NCBI RefSeq assembly: GCF_001194135.2 | Contig: NC_068981.1 | Location: 71,756,360 to 71,820,359, forward strand | Source: Octopus bimaculoides | Taxonomy: Eukaryota | Reading direction: 5' to 3' | DNA: 64,000 bases | Part shown: positions 37,083-50,600 of the stretch, in pieces | Layout: each line of letters opens with the position of its first letter | Position numbering within the stretch: position 1 is the first letter of the stretch | Notes under the pieces: model-generated | The model's input: the letters and a program-made list of their open reading frames with translations, nothing else | Told to the model about the DNA's origin: nothing | Databases searched by the model: none | Position numbers and translations under genes: made by a program

Positions 37083-38159
37083 TATGATATTCATGAAATG
37101 TATATTAAGTTCATGCATGGTGCAGACATAGTTGTGTGGTTGAGAAACTTGCTTCCGAACCATGTGGTTTCTGGTTCAGTCACACTGTGTGGCATCTTGG
37201 GTGTCTTCTTCAAAAGTCCTGAGCTGACAAATGAAAGTTTTGTAACAGGATTTAGTGGACAGAAATTCTGTGTGTTTCAATTCCCTGGTCTTGATATTGC
37301 ACGAGAGATGTTAACAAACATTACCATTATACAAGTAGTGCCTTTTTTTTTTGCAGTCTTCTTTGAAAACATGTCCTACTATTATGCTGCTCATGTTCAA
37401 AGGACAAGGAGAAATATTACCTCACTTTTAAACTAGTGAGGGTTGGCAACAGTGAGGGCATCTGGCTTAGGAAATCTGCCTCACTGAATACTGTTTGACC
37501 CATGCAAGCATGGAAAAGTTGGCATTAAGACGATGATAATGTTGCTACCAGTATTTGAAATATATTTCATTTGTAACTTTTACTGTTAATTCCCACAAGT
37601 TAGATTTAGTACTAGAAATGAGTTACTGTGATTTTTAATGTCTTCATAAAAGAATTGAAAAATGTATGATTTTAATATTCTTTCCTCAATAACGAGGGAA
37701 AGAAACAAGGCTGCGATGTCTGAAAGTTGAAAAAAGAAACAATTAACAGCTGTCTGGTATCTATCCAAGAATTATAAATATAACATTTCTGTCTCTCTAC
37801 CACTTCATGTGAGTTGGCATCAATTATGAATGTACACATAAATACACACATAAAAAATAGATGTATTTAAATATGTGTGATTTCATTTCTAAGTTTAAAG
37901 AGAGAAATCGACTGATTAGTTAACTCCAGTGTGATTATTCAGCATTGAAAAGTTTATATGATATTAAACCTGAAAAAATTTTTTATTAGGTGTCAATAAA
38001 AGCAATTTTATGTCATCAAAAAGATCAACCAAAACAGAAACCAAAATTGTTTTTTCTAAGGCAATTTCTAATAATTTAATGTATTTAATTTTCATATTTT
38101 AGACCAAAAGAAGCATTAAAATTTTCTTATTTCAGACATTCTTTAGGATTCACCAATGA

Positions 38160-38195
<36 letters not shown>

Positions 38196-38913
38196 ACAGC
38201 AGCAGCAGCTGGGTAGTGAGCTAGCTGAATTGTTAGCACATCAGACAAAATGCTTAGTAACATTTCTTTTGGCTCTTTACATTCTGAGTTCAAAAATAAC
38301 TGCAGCTAACTCATCCCCCTCCCCCCGTCCGCCAGACTGCTGCCCTTGTGGCAAAATTTGAAACCATCATTATTATTCTGCCAGTTCGTTTCCCTAATGG
38401 GCAGCGAACTGGCAAAATTGCCAGCATGCTGGATAAAATGCTTCATGGCATTTTGTCTTTCTGTACATTCTTAGTTCAAATACCACCGAGGTTGACTTTA
38501 CCTTTCATCATTTTGGGGTTGATAAAATAAGTAGCAATCGAGTACTGGGGTTGATGTGATCAACTTACCCTCTCCCCATAACCACTGGCCCTCTACCAAA
38601 ATTTGAAACCATCACTATTATTATTATTGTTTGATGCAACCACTCAGCCTATTTTACTGGATATGATAGAAAGTGTCAGCTATCCACATCCAGCAGACTA
38701 AGGTAACATGTTTACTGACCATGCTACAAGAGGTTTGATTTTTGTAGGCGTTCCATCTATACCTGGTAACTGAGTGCTGATGCTTCCAAACATGCCTATT
38801 ACTATTGGTATCAAATTTATCACTCAAACAAAAAAAATTATTATCATTATTATTATTATTATTATTAAGAGAGTATTATAGTTGACTTGAAGCATTGTGT
38901 ATTGTTTGTAAAG

Positions 38914-39553
38914 AATAAAATATTTTGAATGACACAACAATGCACTATAATACAAACAATGGACTATAATAACTGTTGTAATTTAATCATCCATAGTCTG
39001 ATATATTTCAGAATAAAATTCCTTCTTCAGATATCCCCCTAGGAATTGATGGAGTCGCTACTATAATCAGTTTTTCCAACAACTTTGGAAAACCAATTAT
39101 AGCAGCGGCTCCATCAATTCCTAGGGATATCTGTGGGAAAACCGATTATAGTAGTGACTCCATCAATTCTTAGGGATATATGAAGAAGGAATTTTATTCC
39201 GAAATATATCAGATTGAGCGAAATCGTTGCCAGTGCCCCTGGACTGGCTCTTGTGCGGGTGGCACATAAAAGACACCATTTCGAGCATGGCTGTTTTCGT
39301 GCGGGTGACACGTAAAAGCACCCACTACACTCTCTGAGTGGTTGGCGTTAGGAAGGGCATCTAGCTGTAAAAACTCTGCCAAATTAGATTGGAGCCTGGT
39401 GTTGCCATCCGGTTTCACCAGTCCTCAGTCAAATCGGCCAACCCATGCTAGCATGGAAGGCGGACGTTAAACGATGATGATGGATGATTAAATTACAACA
39501 GTTATTATAGTCTATTGTTTGTATTATAGTGCATTGTTGTGTCATTCAAAATA

Positions 39554-39560
<7 letters not shown>
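38914..39560. repeat. Fold-back (MITE-like) element interrupted by an RTE tail
   Basis: 38914-38993 vs 39481-39560 are 79/80 identical inverted; inner arms are also inverted. Confidence 0.9.
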
Positions 39561-39587
<27 letters not shown>

Positions 39588-40854
39588 TAGTCTTATTTTT
39601 ATCATGTGCTTTCACTGCATTACCAAGCACAGCTCTGTGTGCCTTGGGTATCTGCTGTGGTTTGTTGTGGTGCTCTTATTTTCACTGTATTGAAAGTGCT
39701 TTACACAGGATGTGTGTGGTACCTGATAGTGCTATTTTGTGTATGTTATATACATTTGTAAGAAAAGGTGTTTTGGTTATGTATTTGTCTGAATGTTTTT
39801 TAATCATACCTAATGCATCAATCATCATAGGGATTGTTTCTGCTTATAGGCTCCACATTCAGGTTACCTCTATTTGCAGATCTTTGTATTTTGAGAGTTT
39901 CTCCGTTTCTTTTAGAGATACATTGTCATCTGTTGTTATTGATAAATTGATTAGAAGGCATTTTTTTCTTGGTAATCTCTGACAGCTATATCCGGCCTAT
40001 TAGCCTTGTTTTTGTTTGTTCTTTTCCAAATAACTTTATCAAATACATTACCATCATCAGTAACTCTGTGTTTCTAACTTGGTGCCATTAGTTGAAAAAT
40101 CGGTAGAGAATGTATTTCTCTTGCTTTTTTTGTTCACTCTTTTCAATTGTTCTATAAAGTTTCTTAGACTAGATACAGTTACTACATTCCTAAGCTAACT
40201 GTCTGCTACTTTAGTTTCACAACACAGATCCAAGAAATACTTTATTTTACCAGTAATAAAGATCATGTGCCAAACCATTGTGAAATTTATCTATAGAAAA
40301 ACCTGTTATCATAAGAAGAGATTATTCTTAGAAGAAAAACACCAGTCATATCATCTGGTTGCTAACACCATTCATACCTTTACAGCAGTCAAAAGAATCT
40401 TATCTAATACTGAATGAGAAGTCTATCTCGTTGCATAGCATGAATGGTAATTACGTAATTTCTTTCTTAAGATGTATATTTCCCTAAAAAGTACATGTAT
40501 TTGTGTGTATTTCAAAATATAGCTAACTGGAATATTCTACAGGGAGATTATTTGAAATTAAGAATACAAGGGATGAGATAATATATATATATATATATAA
40601 TGTAGTATCTGGTGCTGGTGTCACATAAAAAGCACTGGTGCTGGTGCCACATAAAAATCACTCAGTACACTTTGTAAAGTTGTTGGCATTAGGAAGAGCA
40701 TCCAGCCATAGAAATCATGCCACAACTGACAATGGAGCCTGGTGTGGCCTCCAGCCTTACTGCCTCCTGTCAGATCATTCAACCAAAGCCAGCATGGAAA
40801 ATGGATGTTAAATGATGGTAATTATATGTGTGTGTGTGTGTGTTTGTGTATGTA

Positions 40855-40927
<73 letters not shown>

Positions 40928-40943
40928 GCATGTATGTATATAT

Positions 40944-41479
40944 CATCATCGTTTAACAACCAATTTCCATGCTAGCATGGGTTGGACAATTTGACTGAGG
41001 ACTGGCGAACCAGATGGCTACGCTAGGCTCCAATCTGATTTGGCAGAGTTTCTACAGCTGGATGCCCTTCCTAATGGCAACCACTCTGAGAGTGTAGTGG
41101 GTGCTTTTACGTGCCACTGGCACGAAGGCCAGTCAGGCGGTACTGGCAACGGCCATGCTCAAAATGGTGTATTTTATGTGCCACCTGTGCAGGAGCCAGT
41201 CCGGTGGCACTGGCAATGACCTTGCTCAAATGTCTTTTCACGTGCCACTAGCACAAGTGCCAGGAAGGCGACGCTGGTAACGTTTACGTTCAAATGGTGC
41301 TATTTACGTGCCACTGGCGTGGAAGCCAGACAGCTACTCTGGCAACGATCATGCTCAGATGGTGCTCTTAGCGCTCCACTGGTACAGGTGCCATCATGAT
41401 TTCGCTTTCGCTTGCCCCAACAGGTCTTCGCAAGCCAAGTTTAGTGTCCAATGAAGGAGATGTTGGCATGGGTGCCACA

Positions 41480-41480
<1 letters not shown>
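40944..41480 (-). mobile_element. Long RTE 3'UTR copy with about five tandem 60-70 nt subrepeats
   Basis: Repeated GTGC..TTTTACGTGCCAC..GCAC..GCCAG...GGCA units following the common tail segment. Confidence 0.8.
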
Positions 41481-41513
<33 letters not shown>

Positions 41514-43378
41514 TAGGGTGTGGTGGGTAAATTATCACCATTTTATATTTTTCATTTCATGCATGCACATTGTTTGTTTTTGATTTTGTCGGCTACACAG
41601 TATATTAAGGTCAGCTGGGCCCGAGCACCTTGTGGTTGGGAGGCAAACTTTTCACCATACAACCATACCTGTATATACATTCACATACCTCTGCCTCCAC
41701 CACACACATATAAAACCATAAAATCAGGAAGTATGAGAGGGGATATGGTTAATTTCTTCTGCCGCAAGACTTTTTAGGAGATTCATATGCCTTGCAGTCC
41801 ATATAAGATGTTCTTTGAAATGAAAATGAGATACAGTATAAAAATTCAATGCAGAATGGAGCTGATACTGAAATACTTGTTACAAATTATCATCATCATC
41901 ATTATGTTATATGTTTCTTTTTAAAATTCCATTCTTGTAGTGTTAGATTTGGGTGGGTCTAGCATCCATTTATGCTGGCAACATGATAGCTTGCATTTAG
42001 TGAGTTACTCTCACATTCCAAATAGAGTTACTATACTTACCTGCTGCTTGAAAAATTGATTCTCCTAGACAGGTGACAACAGTATTATTATCATCATTAT
42101 CATCATTATCACTTAATATCAATCTTACATGCTAGCATGGCTTGGATGATTTGACAGGATCTGATATTCTGGAGGATTGTGTTGAGCCCCAGTGTCTGTT
42201 TTGGCATGGTTTTTTTTTATAGTTGGATGCTCTTCTCAATATCTTTATAGGTGCTTTTTTAGTGGTATTCATAATAATCATTATCATTTAACGTTTATTG
42301 TTCATACTGGCATGGGTTGGATGGTATGACCAGAGTTGGCAAGCTGAGAAGCTGCACAAGACTCCAGTCTGATTTGGCATGGTTTCTACAGATGGATGCC
42401 CTTCCTAATTCCAACCACTATAGAGTGTGTTGGAAGATTTTACGTTGTACCACATGGGTGCTTTTATGTGGTACCACCACGAGTGCTTTACATCACCATA
42501 AGGATTGGTCTTAACACTTCTGCTGAAAGGTATGGGTCTTCTTGAGCACGGCCAGGCACCAGGTATCTCAGTTCTTTGCCATCTCACCTGAAAGGTTCAG
42601 CTTCCTGATGTTGTTCTCCAGTACTTCATCCCATGTCTTCCTGGGTCTTTCATTTCCACATATTCTATCCACTTTAAAAGATCAGCACTTCTTCATTAAC
42701 TAGCACTGTAAATTGGTGGGATTAGGAAAGGTATCCAACCCCAGCTGCAGAAGCCATGCCAAAACATAAATTGGTAAACGATGTCTCTGTACTCATTGGA
42801 TTCTGTCAAACTATCCAACCCATGCCGGCATGATGGATAGTCATTAAATGATGTTGATGATGATGATATATAACATTGATTATGATGTTCTAATATAAAA
42901 CAATTAATATGCTTTTTACTTGACTTTTTACATAAGTTCTGTCAGTATGTTTTCATTTCCTTGTATTTCATTTCTTCAGTAAAAACAATGAGTTCAATTA
43001 TTTAGTAAGAGATTTTGTGTTTGAGAAAATAACTTAGTGAAATAATGAGACGAAATTTGAAAAAAAAAACAAGGTTTCACAAGACAAAAATTTCTCTTTC
43101 TTTTTTATTTGTTTCAGTCATTGGACTGTGGTCATGCTGGGGCACCACATTGAAGAGTTTAGTCAAATAAATTGGCCCCTAGTACTTACTATCTTTTAAG
43201 TCTAGTACTTATTCAAATGGTCTTTTTACACCAAACCTCTAAGTTACAGAGATGTAAACAAACCAACATTGGTTGTCAAGTGATGGTGAGGGGCCAAACA
43301 CAGACATAAACACAGACAAACAGATAGACACATACATACACATACACATGCACTCACTCTCTCTCTCACACGCACACG

Positions 43379-43422
<44 letters not shown>

Positions 43423-44939
43423 CTCTCTCTCTCTCACACCCACACACACACACACACACACATGACTGGCTTCCACACAGGTTCACTTGCAAGGTATTAG
43501 TTGACTGGGGCTATAGTAGAAGGTACTTGCTCATGGTGGTGTGCAGTGGGACAGAATCCAAAACCTTGTAATTGCAAAGTGAGATTCTTAACTGCATAGC
43601 CATAGCTGCATCTACAGAAATAAAGATGTACTTGGCATCACAAACCTGTAGGTTACAATGGAATGTGACCACTGGTAATCAATCGGAGGCTCTTTTTTAA
43701 TAGTTCAAAGACAAGTGAAAAATATGTTTCATTACACAACTTGCTTTGATTCCAATTTTCAGGCCGTCTTAGTCTCAAGATAATGTAATATTAAAATGAA
43801 ATTTTGCAAAGAACAAATAAAACATAATTTTCTTTTTGTAGTATATGGAAATTTCAACAAATAATTTAACAAAAACACTAGATTACTTTTTATATTAAGT
43901 ATGATTTTACCATTAATGCAAATATATATTTAGTATTGATCTGGGGTCACAGACTTGAGATTTCTCACCAACTGAAGAAAGCCAGATATTAGGACTTGGT
44001 TTATTGGGTCTTGTCAAAGGATGGCACACAGCTTTATTCCCTGTTGAAGTTAACTGCTGTGTTTTTTTTTAGCAAGAGTGGCACACTATTTCCTGTTGAG
44101 AAGATTAATTTGGAACACAAGCAATTGAAGAAAGCCATCAAGGAGACAGCCATAGTAGCCGAAACTAATTCAAGGTGGTTGTTGTTGATGAGAGTCCATG
44201 CTAACATCTGTTCTATAGGCAAAGGCTAATTTAGTCATCACTGCCCAACTCAGGGGAAGCATACAGACTAAGAAGCAAAATGCTTGTGATACTGAGGCAC
44301 TTACTTGTACATATATAGATGGGTTTTAAATGTTGCAAAAAGCTTAGTGCCAGAAAAGCCTGCAATATTGTAAATTAGCTCCTACAGTTTGTGCGTGGGG
44401 CAAAGCATCTCTGGTGTTTATTTCACTTTATTTCTCCTTTAATATGAGCATTATTTGCATAAAGATTAGAGAGATGAGCTAAGTGATCTCAGAGGTTATT
44501 CTGGTTTGTCTTAAATATGCAAATTCATTATCCCCCTAAGATAATCAGTACTGAGATCATTTAATTACATAAGAATGATAATCTCTCTTATCTCATGGTG
44601 CACCCTGTCTAGTTTCTGTGGACAAAGAGGAGATAACCCCTCTGAAATGCTTACATCCCACAGTCTTGGTAGGTGGTGCTGAGAGGTGATTTTGGTGTAT
44701 TTACACCATTTGTCTTCAGTAAGAAATTGGTTTCATAACAAAACACTGTGAATGGCTTTCTTATGGGTTTGAATATGCCCCAAGCATATTTCAACCAGTA
44801 TTTAATTAACTATATTCTTTTTTTAGAGTATAATCAATAAATAGTCTTATCAGCCTTTTCAAAAGAAACTAATATGAATATAATTCCACATATGGATATA
44901 ATTTATATTTTTATTGGCTGTGACTTATACAATGTAATT

Positions 44940-45330
44940 ATTGTTGTTGTTGGCACTCTGTCGCTTACGATGTCGAGGGTTCCAGTTGATCCAATCAACG
45001 GAACAGCTTGCTCGTGAAATTAACGGGCAAGTGGCTGAGCACTCCACAGACATGTGTACCCTTAACGTAATTCTCGGGGATATTTAGCGTGACACAGTGT
45101 GACAAGGCTGGCCCTTTGAAATACGGGTACAACATAAACCGAAAGAAAGAGTGAGAGAAAGTTGTGGTGGAAGAGTACAGCAGGGTTCGCCACCATCCCT
45201 GCCAGAGCCTCGTGGAGCTTTAGGTGTTTTTGCTCAATAAACACTCACAACGCCTGGTCTGGGAATCGAAATCGCGATCCTATGACCGCGAGTCCGCTGC
45301 CCTAACCACTGGGCCATTGTGCCTCCACAC
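44940..45330 (-). mobile_element. Young, apparently full-length tRNA-derived SINE (family C)
   Basis: Minus strand starts GTGGAGGCACAATGGCCCAGTGGTTAGGGCAGCGGAC (A box) ... TTTCGATTCCCAG (B box); CpGs retained; (CAA)n/(TAA)n tail. Confidence 0.8.
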
Positions 45331-46773
45331 AATGTAACTATATATTGGACTGAATATATAGACACTAGGGTAAGAAAATTGTCAATTATAAGTTAAATTA
45401 TTACATCATTTACACACAAAAGGGAGTAATTTATTTAATGTTTTATCAGTCAAGCTCTCTCACAACTACTGATCTTTTTTATTACCACTCATTCAATTTT
45501 TAGGTCTTTCAATATATAATATAATTACAACATTAGCAATTATTATGCTATTAGAAATGCTGGAAAATAGAAAAAATAGAAAAATAGAAAAAGGACCCTG
45601 TAATAACACAAAATTTCAAGCTGAATAGTCATAAATGTAACTGAATTTTAAAAATATTCATATCTCAAAGCATTTGTTTTCCAACAATAACAACAACAAC
45701 AACTACATTCTGTAATTAACAACATATTTAATTGATCACAGTTTAATGGATTCTATTGAAAAACTGTCATTTTGGGCCTTTTAAAAGCACTACAAAAGAG
45801 GAAGATGCCTTCTCTAAAAATATTTCAATGAGCATAACTAAAGATGCTAGTCAATATTATACATTGGTGAGCTGGCCAGAAAATTTACATAACAGTCCTT
45901 GTAATGTTTAAAAATTGTTTGAATGTGACGTATTGTAGTTTCAGATTTAAATGAAGGGCTTCCTTTTATGACAGTAAAATTTGTGAAGTTTATCATGACA
46001 GGCATGTAATTCTCAATTAAGCAACAATAAATTCATGCAGACGAAATGTAAAGTAAAAGGGTGTAGGAAAATCCATTTGTCATCTTGTGTGCTCTTGTAA
46101 AACTGTTGCTTACTTAATTTCTGCCAATTTCTGTAAACGAAATATAGTTTGAGCATTATACATTATATTTTATACATGCTATCATATAGCATTTTGTTTT
46201 TTTCCAAAACATTTTTCAATTTTTATAAAAAATAGTCCATTAGCAAATATTATTTTGCTATAGTATATATTATGAGTTATAGCTACCTTACATACCTGTG
46301 TATATATATCATTCTTAATTACAGCTTTTTTTTATTTCAACAATAAACTACTTAATTGTATTTAGATTTATGAAAATTATATAAATATTTTCTTTAAGCA
46401 TGTTTGAAATTTGTGCGCTTCTATTTTTATGTACGTGTGCGTGTTTATATGCATGTGTGTGTGTATATATATATATAAATATATATGTATATATATAAAA
46501 ATTCAGGATTCAAGTAAATCAGGTCCTTAAATAGTAAAGCACCAAGGTCAGGCCAGTCAAATTGCTATTGCGTACAAACAGTATCTGAGGAACAAATATG
46601 TACTTACTAAAGTAAACACGCATTTATATTCCAGTTGTATGTACAATCACAAATGGCTGACTGAATATACTATGAGTCTCAAGGCTGTACATAGGTACAA
46701 ACACTGCACCAATTGTACTGCACTCAATAGACTCCAAATCCATGTGAACTGCAGGTTTCAAGTAAGGTGAATA

Positions 46774-47149
46774 ATAAGCAAATAACAACAGATGGATTGT
46801 GGTTCACTGACTACAACTGTTTCGGACATGTTTTTTTATTGATGAATAGAATTATGTCATGCAAAAAAAAAAAAAAGATGCTTTCATCAGGTGAATATAT
46901 GTATGAATTAAACATTTCAAAACATCTTAAATTCCAAAGCAAATGCCATTTCATGACACTCTGACCAAAATTTAGAGAGTCACAAAATAGCATTTGCTTT
47001 GGAATTTAAGATGCTTTGAAATGCTTAATTCGTACATATATTCACCTGATGAAAACGGGTTTCTCTTTTGCATGATGTAATAATTCTTTTCAATAAATAC
47101 ACATCTGAAACAACTGTAGTGAGTGAAACACAACCCATCTGTTATTTGT

Positions 47150-47153
<4 letters not shown>
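46774..47153. repeat. 380-nt near-palindrome (MITE-like)
   Basis: 46883-46946 vs 46990-47053 are 61/64 identical inverted; similarity continues to both ends. Confidence 0.9.
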
Positions 47154-47188
<35 letters not shown>

Positions 47189-47683
47189 CCTACCTATCTA
47201 TCTATCTATATATATATAGGTATAGTAGAACAAATGAGAAATAGAATTCAATACCTGAATGTATATACTTATTTTATTTTTAATTGGCAGAAAATCACGA
47301 AAGTAACTCAAGGGTCAAGAGTTTCATGCATGGCACTTGGCACTTATCAAATTAGGTTTGATAAGTGCTATGAATGTAACTATCAGCCCTTGAGTCACTT
47401 TTGTAACTTTCTCATGATTAAAAGTAATGAAAGTATATATACACACATGCATATATTTATATATATACACACAGACACACACATATATATGCATGCAAAT
47501 TTTTGTGTTTATCTAGTCATTTATTTCTACATATAAAATACAAAGAATCAACTAAACTAACAAGCTTCCACTTTCTTCCTTTTTGTTACTTAAATAGTTA
47601 AAAAAACTCTCAAAATTATTCACAACCTGCTGCAAAAGAACTTTCCTATCCCTTAATTGTTATCCTTAAAAAGAGGATTAGGA

Positions 47684-50600
47684 TTAGTCAAATCTTTTGT
47701 TGCCTTTATTTATACTATCACGTAAGTCTGGTTCTGAATGAAAAGTATGCATTTTACCATTTTCTTCCTCAGCTGCTTCTTCTGAAGCTGATTTTTGTAG
47801 TTGCTTCAGTTTGTCAATACGCTTTCGATCTGGTTCGAAAGAAGCAAAAAGTTCATGAAAACTATGACATCTTTCAGCATGATCATTGACTTCATTTTCA
47901 GCAACTTTTTCAAATGATATTGGACTGTCAGTAGCATTGACAAATTCTCTTGCAGATGATATACTCCAGCGACTCCTACTTTTATTTGATGAAGCTGGTG
48001 ATGACTTTTCTCTCTGTTTTTCATTATTAGAAGATTCATTTGGTGTTTCTCCACCTTGTTCATCTCTCACATTATCATCAGACGAAGAGAGGCACTTCTC
48101 AGAGCTTTGTGACCGTTGTCTAGGTATGGGTAAAGGAGGTTTAGAAGCAGTGGAACTATCTTCTGTAGCTAAATTTTCATCAGAGAGTAATGGCTGAGGA
48201 CTCTCATTTTCTTGCATCATCATTTGTTGAGCTATTACTATTTTTTGTCTTGCTTTTGCTTCATGTCGCTGTTTTACATTTCGTGGAGTCATAACTTTAG
48301 AAGATGATTGACTTTTTGGAGAAGATTTTGAGCTTTGTGAATCATCAGAAAACTTATTTCCTTGTTCTTCACTAATTTCACTGATTGGTCGTCTTTCATG
48401 TCTCGACCTGGTCCTAACTTTACGATGACGATCTTCATCACTTGAGCTGAAAAGATCCAACATTTTGGCTATACCTTTTGAAACTGGTCGTTTTTTCTGT
48501 TGTACCATTTCAGCCGAACTGTCACTTGAACATGACTGTTCTTGCCTTAATTGTTGCTGGAAGTTTTGTTTTGAAATATTTCCATTTTCCTGAATTTCTC
48601 TATTTCCATTACTACTCTGGGATTGACTACTAGAAGTAGTGTGTTTCATATCAAAATCAGGTGGTGTTGACTTTCTATGATTTCTTTCGTCATCTCGTCC
48701 TGATTTACGATGTAGACTAGAAGATCGTGGCGGAGGTTTGGGTCGAGGTGTACCATTAATTAGTCTTGAACTACCGTCTGAAGTGTCAGATCGTGCAGAA
48801 GATTTTGACCGTGATCCTTTTTCTACTGTTATTGAGGACAAATATACACTTGGACCATCATTACCTTCTTTACCACTATTTCTACTCTGGAATTTCTTAC
48901 TTTCTTGGTTCATTTCATTTGCTAGTGACCTCCTTTGGCGTCTTGTTCTTGCACGCCGTGTAGGAACATCAGAAGTAGACAATACTGAATCTCCTGATGC
49001 ATCTTCAGTTTTGATTAAAGGTGATTCAGTAACTGAAGGAGAATTTGATGTCTGAGATTCAGTTTTTATTGGGTATTTGCTACCAATATCTTTCACTGGA
49101 ACTTGCATTAATTCTCGATATCTTTGACTAGTGGTTAATCCATGGTCAGATGTTGACAAGTAGCGCATGTCAGAATGAAATGAGTCTGAACTGACATGTC
49201 CAGTTGTATTATCATACAGCTGGGAAAATGAAGAAGATAATCTAAAACAATGGCTTTCTTGGCTTGAATATGGAGAAGAAAAATTGCTTGGTTTGTTGCA
49301 GTCCAATAAGGTTTCATTGCCGATATTAAGTTGGGTGTAAATTTTTTCCAATTCATTAAGTGCTTCACTAAGTTTAGCTTTCCTGTTTACAAAATGTTCT
49401 GTATTAGATTTTTTGCTGCTTGAAGATTTAACATCAGCTGAAAGCATTGCACTTGTTGCAGGAGAGAATTTCTTGAGAGTGTTGAGAATTCTGTCAAGAT
49501 TTGATTCATCTGCTTTGAGTATCTTTGATTTAATTTCTGAAAGCTTATCTTCGACTTGACTTGCAAGAACTTTAAGTTCCTCTATATTTTCTTCTGGTTG
49601 AGCAGGTGTGTAGGTAGTTGGCTTTTCATTGTCTCTAAAAGCAAACATGACATTATTATTTCCTTCCTGGATATTCTTAATTAGAAAGGCTAAATCATCA
49701 CCAGATGGAGAACGTTCAACCAAACCTGTGTTGATGAGTTTCTCTTTCAGCACAGAGGGATCTAGTTGATAGTTACCATTGACAACATTTTCATACTGTT
49801 TCTCTCCTAGTTTAGTCATAGATTGGTACATCAAATTTCCATGGTTGCCTTCTTGAAGTTGTAAAAGATTTTGTTGGGAAGAAAACTCAGGACGTTCTGC
49901 AGAGGGACCGCTATTACAAGCAGCCTTTAACATTTGAGAATGAACTTCTAATTGATCTCCATGGTAAGACCCTGAATGATAAGACAGGGGCCTTTTTGGT
50001 GAACTTGATTTGTGAGACATGTCCGAATGGCTGCCAAATATCTTTCTTTGACTATTTGACATTCTGTTACCAAGGACTGGCTGTAGATCCAAAAGAACTT
50101 CATCTAATGCATTCATATTAGCAATCTTGTTTGAAGATTTGAGACTTGAAGTTGAATATGGTTTGGATTGAGGTTTATTATCAGCATTAGATGCTGGAAA
50201 AGAAGGTAAGGAAAAAGGTTTCATATGCTGAGTAGATGCTGCATCCATTTGACAAGAAGTAAATGCTTTTGTAGAATCAATTTCAGTTGAGTTCTTTCTT
50301 TCTGAAGGACTTTCTTTCATAAGATGATCAAAGTTTGTTAATTCCTCAATTTCTTTCCAAAAAGGGTCTTCAGAAAAGGGGATTGTTTCTAGAGTTCTGG
50401 CTGTAACTCGTTCAATACTAACTGGTCCTTGATGACTGTCCATTTGAGGTGACCATATCTCTGAATCTTTGAGTTTTTCTTGCATTCCACCAATCAAATT
50501 TTTCCAGTTACCATGTTCTGCATTTCTTCTGTTTGATACCATTTGACTAATGCTATGGTCAGATGTTATATCACTTTTCCTTCTGAGGAAATTTCCAGTT

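Noticed and set aside
4370-39418. Three similar minus-strand ORFs beginning [27 protein letters not shown] (4370, 19838, 39209) that look like a small peptide family
   Set aside because: They are the antisense reading of the RTE 3'UTR tail; the ORFs diverge as soon as the repeat ends.
43996-44229. 77-aa ORF in non-repetitive intergenic DNA
   Set aside because: It starts at TTG, has no recognisable motif, and has no flanking splice signals that link it to other exons.
45245-45330. tRNA-like sequence on the minus strand
   Set aside because: It has A and B boxes but no acceptor stem, and it continues into a SINE body and tail.
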